From a virus (lineage: Duplodnaviria > Caudoviricetes): a stretch of 64,000 nucleotides of DNA. Of this stretch, positions 29,620-38,572 are shown piece after piece. The stretch spans positions 1 to 64,000 of IMG/VR virus record IMGVR_UViG_3300028591_000179; one strand, given 5' to 3'. The position numbers were made by a program, and so were the translations under genes. The stretch's first letter is position 1, and each line of letters starts with the position of its first letter. The notes below the pieces were generated by a model. It did not search any database. It was given only the letters and a program-made list of their open reading frames with translations, and was not told the origin of the DNA.

Positions 29620-29626
29620 AGTTCTA
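29620..29626 (+). promoter_or_regulatory. Putative late promoter AGTTCTA
   Basis: Upstream of the 29709 ORF. Confidence 0.65.
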
Positions 29627-29708
29627 GTATGTATATTAATCTTTTATAAAAAAGAATATAAGAAAATAGTTAATAATTTATTGAATAATTTATTTAAAAG
29701 ATAAAAAA

Positions 29709-30368
29709 ATGACTTTACATATTGGTAATAATCTAGTAAAAATAAATCATAATAATACATATGCATCTTTAGTTAAAATACCATTTGTTCCTAGTATTCC
29801 AACTATGTTAGGTTCTCGTCTTGATAACAAAGCAACAGTTGTAGGTGTATTACAAGATCATGAAGGTAATGATTATGTATTAGCTGTAGTAGATGCTGCT
29901 TATAGAAGTGGCTCACCAATACTTAGATCCCCAAAAGGTGCTTCAAGTTTACCTTGGCATAGACTTGAAAAAGACGCTTTAGCGGATCGTCATACAGGAA
30001 AATATTATACTGATGTTATAATAGCTGAAACATCCATAAATCAAAATGATGCAATCTATTTTGCCACAAATGCATGTAGTATCTTTTTAAAAAATATGGA
30101 ATATAAATCTGTATTACCATCGTTATATGAATTAACATGTATATACGATAATAGAATTGAATTAGATAAACATGATCCGACATTAAATGATTATCCAGAA
30201 AGATCCTTAACAAATTTTACATTTGGTAGTACGGGGTCTAGATCATCTACGGCAAGACAAAGTACTGGTCAATATATGTGGATTAAGAATTCTGATGGAA
30301 CAAATAATATACTTGAGTATAGACAAAGTAGTGGTGTGTGTCCTGTGTTTTGTATTCCATTATCATAA
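29709..30368 (+). CDS. Putative receptor-binding protein, C-type-lectin-like domain
   Basis: 'LPSLYEL.CIY.NR..LD..DPT...S.ST......W....G....GVCPV'; MTLHIG N-terminus. Confidence 0.55.
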   Translation: MTLHIGNNLVKINHNNTYASLVKIPFVPSIPTMLGSRLDNKATVVGVLQDHEGNDYVLAVVDAAYRSGSPILRSPKGASSLPWHRLEKDALADRHTGKYYTDVIIAETSINQNDAIYFATNACSIFLKNMEYKSVLPSLYELTCIYDNRIELDKHDPTLNDYPERSLTNFTFGSTGSRSSTARQSTGQYMWIKNSDGTNNILEYRQSSGVCPVFCIPLS

Positions 30369-30416
30369 AATTTAATTAGATAATTTTTATATATTTATTA
30401 AAACCTTGAAAGCCTT

Positions 30417-31136
30417 TTAATATTTATTTATACGTAACATTGCATTAGTTAAATTAATATCTTTTATTTTATAAATACTTAAGTTTGAAAGTAAATTTGT
30501 ATCTGTATATACTGTGTTATAAAAATCAATATTTAAATATTTTAATTTATTCTTTAATTCTCTTTTAAAACCTTTTAATTCATCTGAATTAAATGCAATA
30601 TGAGTTGAATTTAAAGCGCCAAATATTCTTATTACACCCTTCATTCTTCCTTTAAAATAGTATATTAAATAACTAACGATTTTAAAACTTAATTCAAATT
30701 GTTCAAATGCTTCATCTATATCTTGATCGGTAGATTTTTTAAGTATTTTATTTATATAACTTGGTTTTAAACATAAAAATCTATTATCATCTATTGTTTC
30801 TATTTTAAATCCTGATATATCACATTTATATTCTTTTAACCAAAATAAAATTTCTTTTGGTTTAGTAATCATTTTTAAATTTACTTTATTATTTTCATTT
30901 ATAGATTTATTACATAATGCACAAACTAGTCTATTATTAGATTCATTATTTTTATCATAGAATAATTGTAAGCAAGTAAGGTCATCAAAACCAAAATATT
31001 TATTTATTATATATATTAAAATAATTAGAGCCTTAAAACTCCAAGTTATCTTATTTTCATTTTTATTTTTATTTGATTTTAAACAAGTGTGTAAATTACA
31101 CCATGTATATTCATAACTATTATTCCAGTCTGACAT
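30417..31136 (-). CDS. Hypothetical protein, paralogue of 36824-37519
   Basis: Shared 'ILFWL.EY..D.SGF.I...FL.LKP.YIN.IL' and 'I.DIN.TNAMLRI'. Confidence 0.75.
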   Translation of the reverse strand: MSDWNNSYEYTWCNLHTCLKSNKNKNENKITWSFKALIILIYIINKYFGFDDLTCLQLFYDKNNESNNRLVCALCNKSINENNKVNLKMITKPKEILFWLKEYKCDISGFKIETIDDNRFLCLKPSYINKILKKSTDQDIDEAFEQFELSFKIVSYLIYYFKGRMKGVIRIFGALNSTHIAFNSDELKGFKRELKNKLKYLNIDFYNTVYTDTNLLSNLSIYKIKDINLTNAMLRINKY

Positions 31137-31150
31137 TATATCATTCCCTA

Positions 31151-31792
31151 CTATTCATATACATATAATGGACAAATACTATCAAAAGCATGTTTTTCAA
31201 TTAATTTATTATTTCCCATTAATCTAAAAAATCCAGAATATACATCTGTCAAGTTATTTAAATTTAATGTTAAGCGTATACATACCCACTTTTTAGAAAA
31301 ATATTTATATGGTAAATCTACTTTATCATATTCTTGATTTATATCTGGTTTTTTATCATATCTATGCGAATAATCTATTATACATTTTACATTTATTAAA
31401 TTATTCAAACCATAATCATTAATCATTTGTTTTAAATCTTTATATGCTTTCTTTACTTCTTTTATTTGATCTGATACCAAACCATCTAAGCTTGGAAAAA
31501 TTAAATTATCACTAACACATAAATTATTTTTCTTATCATAAATTACACAATATGGTTCAAGACTAGGTCCTTTTTCCATTCCTGACCAAGTATTATATTC
31601 TTTATGAAAAGGAAAATTTGCATTAAGTAATCCATATAAATAAATCAAAATATTAAAAATTATATTTTCATTTTTAGATACTAAAGAATTTTCCTCAAAA
31701 GTATAATTATAAGAATCTTCAGATAAAAAAACTTCTCTAATATGTTTATTATTATGTATTTTATATCCACAATTTTCAGTTTTGTTAAACAT
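31151..31792 (-). CDS. Hypothetical protein
   Basis: AAGGA SD; own promoter. Confidence 0.65.
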   Translation of the reverse strand: MFNKTENCGYKIHNNKHIREVFLSEDSYNYTFEENSLVSKNENIIFNILIYLYGLLNANFPFHKEYNTWSGMEKGPSLEPYCVIYDKKNNLCVSDNLIFPSLDGLVSDQIKEVKKAYKDLKQMINDYGLNNLINVKCIIDYSHRYDKKPDINQEYDKVDLPYKYFSKKWVCIRLTLNLNNLTDVYSGFFRLMGNNKLIEKHAFDSICPLYVYE

Positions 31793-31822
31793 TTATATAT
31801 TCCTTTCATTAACTATAAATTT

Positions 31823-31851
31823 AATATAGCATTGAAATAAAACAAAGTAAA
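31823..31851 (-). promoter_or_regulatory. Sigma70-like promoter
   Basis: TTTACT-N17-TATATT. Confidence 0.65.
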
Positions 31852-31861
31852 ACCATTTAAA

Positions 31862-31868
31862 AGTTCTA
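31862..31868 (+). promoter_or_regulatory. Putative late promoter AGTTCTA
   Basis: 34 nt before the 31903 ORF. Confidence 0.65.
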
Positions 31869-31902
31869 ATAGTTATATAAATTTTATTTAAGGATAGATA
31901 CT

Positions 31903-32187
31903 ATGTCAAATAAATATAAAGAAGATTTTATAAAGAAGGTAAATAAATTATTAAGTGAAGGTGAAGATTATTCTTGGATGGATGATGACGATGAATTACC
32001 TCAAACAGAATATACTCCAAAACAAGAAGAAGCTATTGATATGTTTGATGAATATTTACAAAAATTAAATGAAGGTCTTATTTCAAGAAAAAATTTTGCT
32101 CAAATTGCTAGTGAATTATACAATAATTTACCAGAATATGATTATCTTAGAAGTAAAGATGCAAAATTACCACAAAAGTATAATTAA
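31903..32187 (+). CDS. Acidic late protein, possible leader variant (…KLLSE)
   Basis: AAGGA SD; late promoter. Confidence 0.65.
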   Translation: MSNKYKEDFIKKVNKLLSEGEDYSWMDDDDELPQTEYTPKQEEAIDMFDEYLQKLNEGLISRKNFAQIASELYNNLPEYDYLRSKDAKLPQKYN

Positions 32188-32211
32188 AAAATAATATTTG
32201 GAATATTAAAA

Positions 32212-33321
32212 ATGGGTTTATTTGTTGGTCAAACTGAAGTAAGAATTAATCGTAATGATTCATATGGATCTTTAATAAAACCACAAAAAGTAATTGAAAT
32301 TGAAAATTGGGTAAATTCTAAATTAGAAAGTAATGGCATTTTAGGTAATGATACAGAAGCATTATGGATTTCTGAGCATGACTATTTTGAAAATTATAAC
32401 TTTTATGAATTAATGGATGAAAATCTTCAATATAATGTTTTTTATTTAGATACCTTAGAAACAAATAAAGATATACCAATTATTTTTTATACACCAAAAC
32501 AAGTCCAACTAAATGAATTTGTTATTGCTGGAAATTCATTAGATGATAATAATTTAATTTTTGAAATATATGGAAGTAATGAACCTTTTGTAGCAGATTA
32601 CGAACAAGATTTATCTATTGATTATTTTGCTTCTAATGATTCTTTATGGACAGAAATTAGTTTTAATAAGATTGTTACAAATGAAAATGTTAAATTTACT
32701 TTTAATAATGAAAATTTTTATCATTATTATAAAATAGTAATTCGATTAAATGCATCAGTAGAAACTACATTTTCAGAATTTAGAATGACTGGTAATAATA
32801 TAAAAATGCCTCCTACCCCTATGGAAATTTATTTAAGTAATCATGAAGTAAAAGAAATTAAAAATACTTCTGATACAGCTACTTCATCAACAGAAGTAGT
32901 AGTATTTAATGCTTCTACCGGTGGAAAGGGTAATTTTAGTGGAGTATGTAGTAATTTAGTAAATTTAGAAACACTTATAATTAAAAAAGTTAGTGGTTCT
33001 GGTTGGAATCATTATCAAAATGCTTTTAATAATGATACAAAATTAAAAAATGTTATATTTAATGGCAGTATGACTATGAGTGGGTCTGGACATTTAACTG
33101 GAATATTTAATGGATCAAATAATATAGAAAAAATTTATATAAATAAAAACTATAATCCTCCAGCAAATGTTATGAATCAAATCTCTTCTAAAAATTGTAT
33201 AGTATATACCGATTATACAAGTGAATCTGATAATTATATAAATACCTATTTTTCTGTAAATAAAATAGTTTATAATTATTCTATAGATGATTTCTTTACA
33301 TTATTAAATAATGAATTTTGA
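32212..33321 (+). CDS. Putative adhesin: anchor, discoidin-like domain and LRR-like C-terminus
   Basis: N-terminus matches 29709; 'FYHYYKIVI...FSEFRM'; 'AF.N...LK.V.F' repeats. Confidence 0.55.
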   Translation: MGLFVGQTEVRINRNDSYGSLIKPQKVIEIENWVNSKLESNGILGNDTEALWISEHDYFENYNFYELMDENLQYNVFYLDTLETNKDIPIIFYTPKQVQLNEFVIAGNSLDDNNLIFEIYGSNEPFVADYEQDLSIDYFASNDSLWTEISFNKIVTNENVKFTFNNENFYHYYKIVIRLNASVETTFSEFRMTGNNIKMPPTPMEIYLSNHEVKEIKNTSDTATSSTEVVVFNASTGGKGNFSGVCSNLVNLETLIIKKVSGSGWNHYQNAFNNDTKLKNVIFNGSMTMSGSGHLTGIFNGSNNIEKIYINKNYNPPANVMNQISSKNCIVYTDYTSESDNYINTYFSVNKIVYNYSIDDFFTLLNNEF

Positions 33322-33728
33322 TTTCTTTCTTTAACTTTATCATAATTTTTATCAAAATATTTATAATCATCATTTTGCAAATCTCTATATTTGTAATTTT
33401 GATTTTTATCAAAATGATCACGATAAAAACCTTTAATCCTATTATGATCTGGATTAGTTCTTAAATCTTCTATATAAGCTTGACTATCTTTTATTTTATT
33501 TAATAAATTTATAATTTTTTTATTTTCAGGATATTCATTTTTTATTGTTACAATTAAATAATAAGCCTTTCCTAAAAAACCTAAAGCTTTACTTAAATTT
33601 TCTTGTTCATTTTGGAGTTCTTCATTATCAATATCGTAATTTAAAGCTTGCATTCTACTAGGATTACCATCATCTTCTTCTAATTTTTCACAAGCCTCTC
33701 TAAAAGCCTTTATATATTTATTAACCAT
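33276..33728 (-). CDS. Hypothetical late protein, possible leader variant
   Basis: Minus-strand AGTTCTA 37 nt upstream; AAGGA SD. Confidence 0.65.
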   Translation of the reverse strand: MVNKYIKAFREACEKLEEDDGNPSRMQALNYDIDNEELQNEQENLSKALGFLGKAYYLIVTIKNEYPENKKIINLLNKIKDSQAYIEDLRTNPDHNRIKGFYRDHFDKNQNYKYRDLQNDDYKYFDKNYDKVKERNQNSLFNNVKKSSIE

Positions 33729-33765
33729 TTAATGATTCCTTTTAAATTATTATTAATATGTTTAT

Positions 33766-33772
33766 TAGAACT
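33766..33772 (-). promoter_or_regulatory. Putative late promoter AGTTCTA
   Basis: TAGAACT on the plus strand. Confidence 0.6.
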
Positions 33773-33901
33773 ATAAAAACTTTTAATTACCTGTTATATT
33801 TAGTATTCATATTTATATTCCCATTAACAATTCTAACTCTTTTACAAAAGAATACATTTATATACTTAATTCTACAAATAAAAATTACTAAAAATATTTA
33901 A

Positions 33902-33908
33902 AGTTCTT
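33902..33908 (+). promoter_or_regulatory. Late promoter variant AGTTCTT
   Basis: 35 nt before 33944. Confidence 0.55.
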
Positions 33909-33943
33909 ATGTATAATAATAAATATATCAATGAAAATAAAAA

Positions 33944-34786
33944 ATGTCAAAGTTTAAAAACATAATAGAAAATATATTAAAAGAGCATAGCATCAATTTA
34001 AATGAGGATGCTAAAAAAGATTATGCTTTAATAAAAGAAGCAAAGGTTGTTTACAATATGTTTTTAAAAGATTTACAAAAAAAGATGAAATATGTCTTAG
34101 AAGAATTAAAATCACAAGAAGATAGTGATTCTTGTGAAGTAAATGATTTAATTATTAAACTAAATATTTATGATTATAACTCTACATGTGGTAGTTATGA
34201 TCCTTTTATGAATAGTATTCAATTATCATTAAATTCACTTAAGAAAAAAACTAAATTAAAAAATGTAGAAATAAATCCTGATACTGTTAATGAATCTATA
34301 ATATATACTATTTTAAATTCTAATTTCACTAAAGAAGTTTTTTTACACGAATATCAACATTATAAACATAACCAATACAGATATTCAAATCGAGATTATG
34401 AATCGATTAAATTTCCAAATAGTGATACTTATTATACTTATAGGCATGATGCTAATGAAAACAATTCTTATACAATGGAAGATTTAAATAATATAATTAA
34501 ACAATTTAAAAAAGAAATAAACAACAATTTATCTAAAAACAATATAAAGGATAAACTTAATTATTTTATATCCAATTTATATAATCAATATATTCATACT
34601 GATATAAATCCAAAAAAAGTACCATATGATTCAAAGTCATCAAATTTAAGTCAATTCTTCTTTACATATAATAAAAAAAGATATATTAATCGAATTTATA
34701 ATTTACTTTATTATTTATTTATAGAAGATAATATAACCAGAGCAAGAAAAATATATAATGAAATAAAAAAAGATATATTAGAGTAA
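33944..34786 (+). CDS. Putative zincin metallopeptidase with MSxF leader (internal head protein)
   Basis: FLHEYQH (HExxH) plus downstream NE; paralogue of 37712. Confidence 0.7.
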   Translation: MSKFKNIIENILKEHSINLNEDAKKDYALIKEAKVVYNMFLKDLQKKMKYVLEELKSQEDSDSCEVNDLIIKLNIYDYNSTCGSYDPFMNSIQLSLNSLKKKTKLKNVEINPDTVNESIIYTILNSNFTKEVFLHEYQHYKHNQYRYSNRDYESIKFPNSDTYYTYRHDANENNSYTMEDLNNIIKQFKKEINNNLSKNNIKDKLNYFISNLYNQYIHTDINPKKVPYDSKSSNLSQFFFTYNKKRYINRIYNLLYYLFIEDNITRARKIYNEIKKDILE

Positions 34787-34793
34787 TAGATAA

Positions 34794-36179
34794 ATGTCAA
34801 GGTTTAGAAACATAGTAGAATCAATTATATATAATAGTAATATTTTATTTGAATCTGAGCAAAAAATAAATTGGATTTTGTCTCAACCTAAACTTGTCCA
34901 AGCTTTAGAAAATAGAATTCAAAATGATTCTAAAACTCCAAATAATATAACAGCTAAACAATTATTAAAAAATTTTGATAATAGTTCAATTGTAATTGGA
35001 AAATTTTTGCCTTGGGTTGTAAAAATGTATTCTAATAATGAATTTGAATATACTGATTTAGGGTTAATAAATAACTATCTCGGAAGCTTTGTAAAAAATT
35101 CAAACAAATTAGAAAAAAAAGATATAAATCAATATAAATCTTTAGAAGAATTAAATAATGCTTTAGAAAATATAAAAGATGTTAAAGGATCTCGCGAAGT
35201 ACAAAGAGATGCTAAATCTGGTGCAGAAAAAATTTATGAAGACAATAAATGGATTATACTTATCCCGCACACTAAAGAAGCCGCAATACAATATGGTAAA
35301 AATACTAAATGGTGTACTGCAGGAATAAATAATAATATGTTTGACTATTATAATGAAGATGGACCTTTATATATTCTTATAAATAAGCAAAATCCTAATG
35401 AAAAATATCAGTTTCATTTTGAAACAAATCAATATAAAGATGTAGAAGATCGAGAAATAGATTTAAAATCTTTTTTAGAAGAAAATCCAGAAATAAAAAT
35501 TTTTTTTGCATCTATTAAAAATCTTGATAAGACTGATATTAAAAATTGGATATGGCTTAATGGGACTAAATTAAATTATAATGATTACTTTGAAGAAGTT
35601 AAAAAACATGGTTTTGTATTAAAATATGTACCAGAAGAAGTAAAAGATTATAAAATGTGTTTAGAAGCTATTAAACAAGCTGGATATCGTTTAGAATTTG
35701 TACCAGAAAAATTAAAAGATTATAATATGTGTTTAATTGCAGTTAAAAGTAAGGCTACTGCATTAAAATATGTACCAGAAGAATTTAAAGATTATAAGTT
35801 ATGTTTAGAAGCTGTTAAATCTGGAGGTTATATGTTAATAGATGTTCCAGAAGAATTTAAAGATTATAAGTTATGTTTGACAGCTGTTAAATCTGATGGT
35901 TGTGCCATAGTAGATGTACCGGAGGAATTAAAAGATTATAATATGTATTTAGAAGCTGTTAAATCTGATGGCTATACATTAGAATGTATACCTGAAGAAT
36001 TTAAAGATTATCAAATGTGTTTAGAAGCTGTTAAAAGTAAAGGTGAAGCATTAAAATATGTTCCAGAAGAATTAAAAGATTATAGAATGTGTTTAACAGC
36101 AATTAAAAAAAATAATAGTGCATTAAATTATACATCAAAACAATTTAAAGAAAAACTTAAACAAAAAATCGGAATATAA
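34794..36179 (+). CDS. MSxF-leader protein: PcfJ-like domain plus DUF4116-like 24-aa repeats
   Basis: 'W.IL.P.T.EAA..YG..TKWCTA...F.YY...GPLY...KYQFHF'; '[YV]VPEE.KDY..CL.A[VI]K' x7. Confidence 0.7.
   Translation: MSRFRNIVESIIYNSNILFESEQKINWILSQPKLVQALENRIQNDSKTPNNITAKQLLKNFDNSSIVIGKFLPWVVKMYSNNEFEYTDLGLINNYLGSFVKNSNKLEKKDINQYKSLEELNNALENIKDVKGSREVQRDAKSGAEKIYEDNKWIILIPHTKEAAIQYGKNTKWCTAGINNNMFDYYNEDGPLYILINKQNPNEKYQFHFETNQYKDVEDREIDLKSFLEENPEIKIFFASIKNLDKTDIKNWIWLNGTKLNYNDYFEEVKKHGFVLKYVPEEVKDYKMCLEAIKQAGYRLEFVPEKLKDYNMCLIAVKSKATALKYVPEEFKDYKLCLEAVKSGGYMLIDVPEEFKDYKLCLTAVKSDGCAIVDVPEELKDYNMYLEAVKSDGYTLECIPEEFKDYQMCLEAVKSKGEALKYVPEELKDYRMCLTAIKKNNSALNYTSKQFKEKLKQKIGI
35619..36122 (+). repeat. 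Seven 72-nt (24-aa) tandem coding repeats
   Basis: Recurrent 'ccagaagaatt.aaagattata.' units. Confidence 0.85.
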
Positions 36180-36181
36180 TA

Positions 36182-36817
36182 ATGTCTCAATTTAAAACTA
36201 TTATAGAAAATATTTTAAAACAACATAATATTACTTTAACCGAAGCTAAAGTAATTAAAATATCTTTTGATGAATTGGGTAATGATTCTGGTTATAGTTA
36301 TGAAGATATAATAACTTATAATATGCCACCATATTTACCGATATATAAAAATCCAACGCAATCTGAATTTTTTGATATTTATAATCATTCTATAGAAAAA
36401 GATATACGTGGATTAATTGTTAATGATGATATTTATATATGGGATAGTTATTGGGCATTACATAATAATATATGGCAATTATTAAATATTGATCCAAATA
36501 TAAATACTTGTGCTTTTTTGTATCATGATAATAAGTTAGAATTTGGTGATATATTAAATAAAGATGGTATGTATATAAAAGATATAAACTTAGCTAAATC
36601 CATAATGCTTAATAATAAATGGTTTGTAGATACTTTTGGTAAAAATTTAATTAATAATGCCTTACCACATCATACTTGGGAATTTGAAGAAGATACTATT
36701 AAACAAGGTAATTCTTGGGTAAATAAAGGAAAAGAAGGTACTCATGGTACCTTCAAAACTAAAAAACAAGCTGATACTCAAAGAAAGGCTATGTTTGCAA
36801 ATGGATATAAAGGCTAA
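36182..36817 (+). CDS. MSxF-leader hypothetical protein
   Basis: MSQFKTIIENILKQHNITLTE; C-terminal 'KQG.SW...G..GTHG.F.TKKQA..Q.KA' module. Confidence 0.7.
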   Translation: MSQFKTIIENILKQHNITLTEAKVIKISFDELGNDSGYSYEDIITYNMPPYLPIYKNPTQSEFFDIYNHSIEKDIRGLIVNDDIYIWDSYWALHNNIWQLLNIDPNINTCAFLYHDNKLEFGDILNKDGMYIKDINLAKSIMLNNKWFVDTFGKNLINNALPHHTWEFEEDTIKQGNSWVNKGKEGTHGTFKTKKQADTQRKAMFANGYKG

Positions 36818-36823
36818 ATCATA

Positions 36824-37519
36824 TTAATTACCTGTTATACGTAACATTGCATTTGTTGTATTTATATCAGTTATTTTAAAAATATAAATATCTTGACTAT
36901 TAAGTCTTTCATCATAACCTTTAGAATAAAAATCAATATTAATATATTTAAATTTATTTTTTATCATTCTAATATCATCTGCTGAATTATATACAATATA
37001 AATATTATTTGAATTACTATAAATTTGAAACGTAGAAAGAACTTTTTTATAAGTCATAAGTATATAATTCATAAGTTTAGAAACTAATTCAAAATATTTA
37101 AAAGCATTTTCTATATCTGTATTAGTAACTTTATGTAATATTTCATTAATATATTTTGGTTTTAAATATAAAAAATCTTCACCATCTAATTGTTTAATTT
37201 CAAAACCAGATGTATCAATTTCATATTCGGTTAACCAAAATAAAATAGTTTGTGGATTAGTAATAACATTTATTTTAAGATTACCATACTCATCTTCATA
37301 TTCATCATAAAATTTACAAATAAAATCACAACAATTATTATCATATAGTAAAACTAAATTAGAATCTTTTAAATATATATTTATTAGAGATGTTAAAAAA
37401 TAAATAATTCTAATACTATCTCTTATATCATTATAATTATTATTAGATTTTATATAACTAGATTTAGAACGACAGCTATATGTAAATTTATATTTATAAT
37501 CATTATTCCATTTAGTCAT
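36824..37519 (-). CDS. Hypothetical protein, paralogue of 30417-31136
   Basis: End-to-end similarity by eye. Confidence 0.75.
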   Translation of the reverse strand: MTKWNNDYKYKFTYSCRSKSSYIKSNNNYNDIRDSIRIIYFLTSLINIYLKDSNLVLLYDNNCCDFICKFYDEYEDEYGNLKINVITNPQTILFWLTEYEIDTSGFEIKQLDGEDFLYLKPKYINEILHKVTNTDIENAFKYFELVSKLMNYILMTYKKVLSTFQIYSNSNNIYIVYNSADDIRMIKNKFKYINIDFYSKGYDERLNSQDIYIFKITDINTTNAMLRITGN

Positions 37520-37544
37520 TTTAAATTCCTTTCTATTAATATAT

Positions 37545-37574
37545 ATAATAGCATATAAAAAGAAATAAAGTAAA
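37545..37574 (-). promoter_or_regulatory. Sigma70-like promoter with extended -10
   Basis: TTTACT-N18-TATTAT with TG before the -10. Confidence 0.55.
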
Positions 37575-37648
37575 GCTGTTTATTCATCTTTTCATTCTTG
37601 TAATAGAAATACTAAATAATAAAAGTCTACTAAATAAAATTCCTTAAA

Positions 37649-37655
37649 AGTTCTA
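37649..37655 (+). promoter_or_regulatory. Putative late promoter AGTTCTA
   Basis: Upstream of 37712. Confidence 0.65.
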
Positions 37656-37711
37656 ATGTATATGTATATTTTATCTTAAAAAACATAGTTAACATAATTC
37701 AAAAATAAAAA

Positions 37712-38563
37712 ATGTCAAAGTTTAGAAATATAGTAAAAAACATATTACAAGAAAATAATATTGTTATTAATGAAGATGCTAAAAACGATTATGCCTTAAT
37801 AAAAGAAGCAGAAGTAGTTTATAATATGTTTTTAAATAAGATAAAACAAGATAGTGAATATGTAATTAATTGGTTAAATAAATATGGAGATGTAGTAATA
37901 TTACCTCCTAATAATAATAATGAGTGTCCTTCTCTCAAAATATGTAGTTATAAAGGTCCTTCTGGCGAATTAGCTTTTTGTGATGAACTTGGTATAACTT
38001 TATATTTAGAAGGCTTATTATATAATAGTTGGTATAAAAAATATTTCTTAAATCATAATGTAACAATAGATATTTTATTAAAAGCTCTTAAATTACCTCA
38101 AATTAAATCTTCTTTTTTACACGAATATCAACATTTTAAATATCATACAACAGATAAAACTAAAGATTTACCATATAAAGTAAATTGGAAAAAAGATTAC
38201 AATAAATATAGACTAAATCATAATGAAAATAATTCTTTTACTATGGAAGATTTAAATCATTTAATAACAGATTTTAAATTTGAATTAAAACATAAAAATA
38301 TTGATCTAAATAATAAAAAAGAAGTATTAAACTATTTATCTCAATATATACAAAATTTATATGCTCTTATTGGAATGAAATCAGCATACGATGGACATAG
38401 AATAACAAATTTATCAGAACAACCTATGTATACAAAAGATACACATATGGAAAAACAATACTATAAACGTATATACAATATATTATATTATTTATTTGTA
38501 GAAGATAACATAAATAAAGCAAGACAAATATATAATCAAATAAAAAAAGATATGCAAGGGTAA
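37712..38563 (+). CDS. Putative zincin metallopeptidase with MSxF leader, paralogue of 33944
   Basis: FLHEYQH, 'NENNSFTMEDLN', 'RIYN.LYYLF.EDNI..AR.IYN.IKKD'. Confidence 0.7.
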   Translation: MSKFRNIVKNILQENNIVINEDAKNDYALIKEAEVVYNMFLNKIKQDSEYVINWLNKYGDVVILPPNNNNECPSLKICSYKGPSGELAFCDELGITLYLEGLLYNSWYKKYFLNHNVTIDILLKALKLPQIKSSFLHEYQHFKYHTTDKTKDLPYKVNWKKDYNKYRLNHNENNSFTMEDLNHLITDFKFELKHKNIDLNNKKEVLNYLSQYIQNLYALIGMKSAYDGHRITNLSEQPMYTKDTHMEKQYYKRIYNILYYLFVEDNINKARQIYNQIKKDMQG

Positions 38564-38572
38564 TAATAACTA

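Noticed and set aside
35619-36122. CRISPR-like 72-nt periodicity
   Set aside because: Repeats are in frame, degenerate at third positions and encode 24-aa units.
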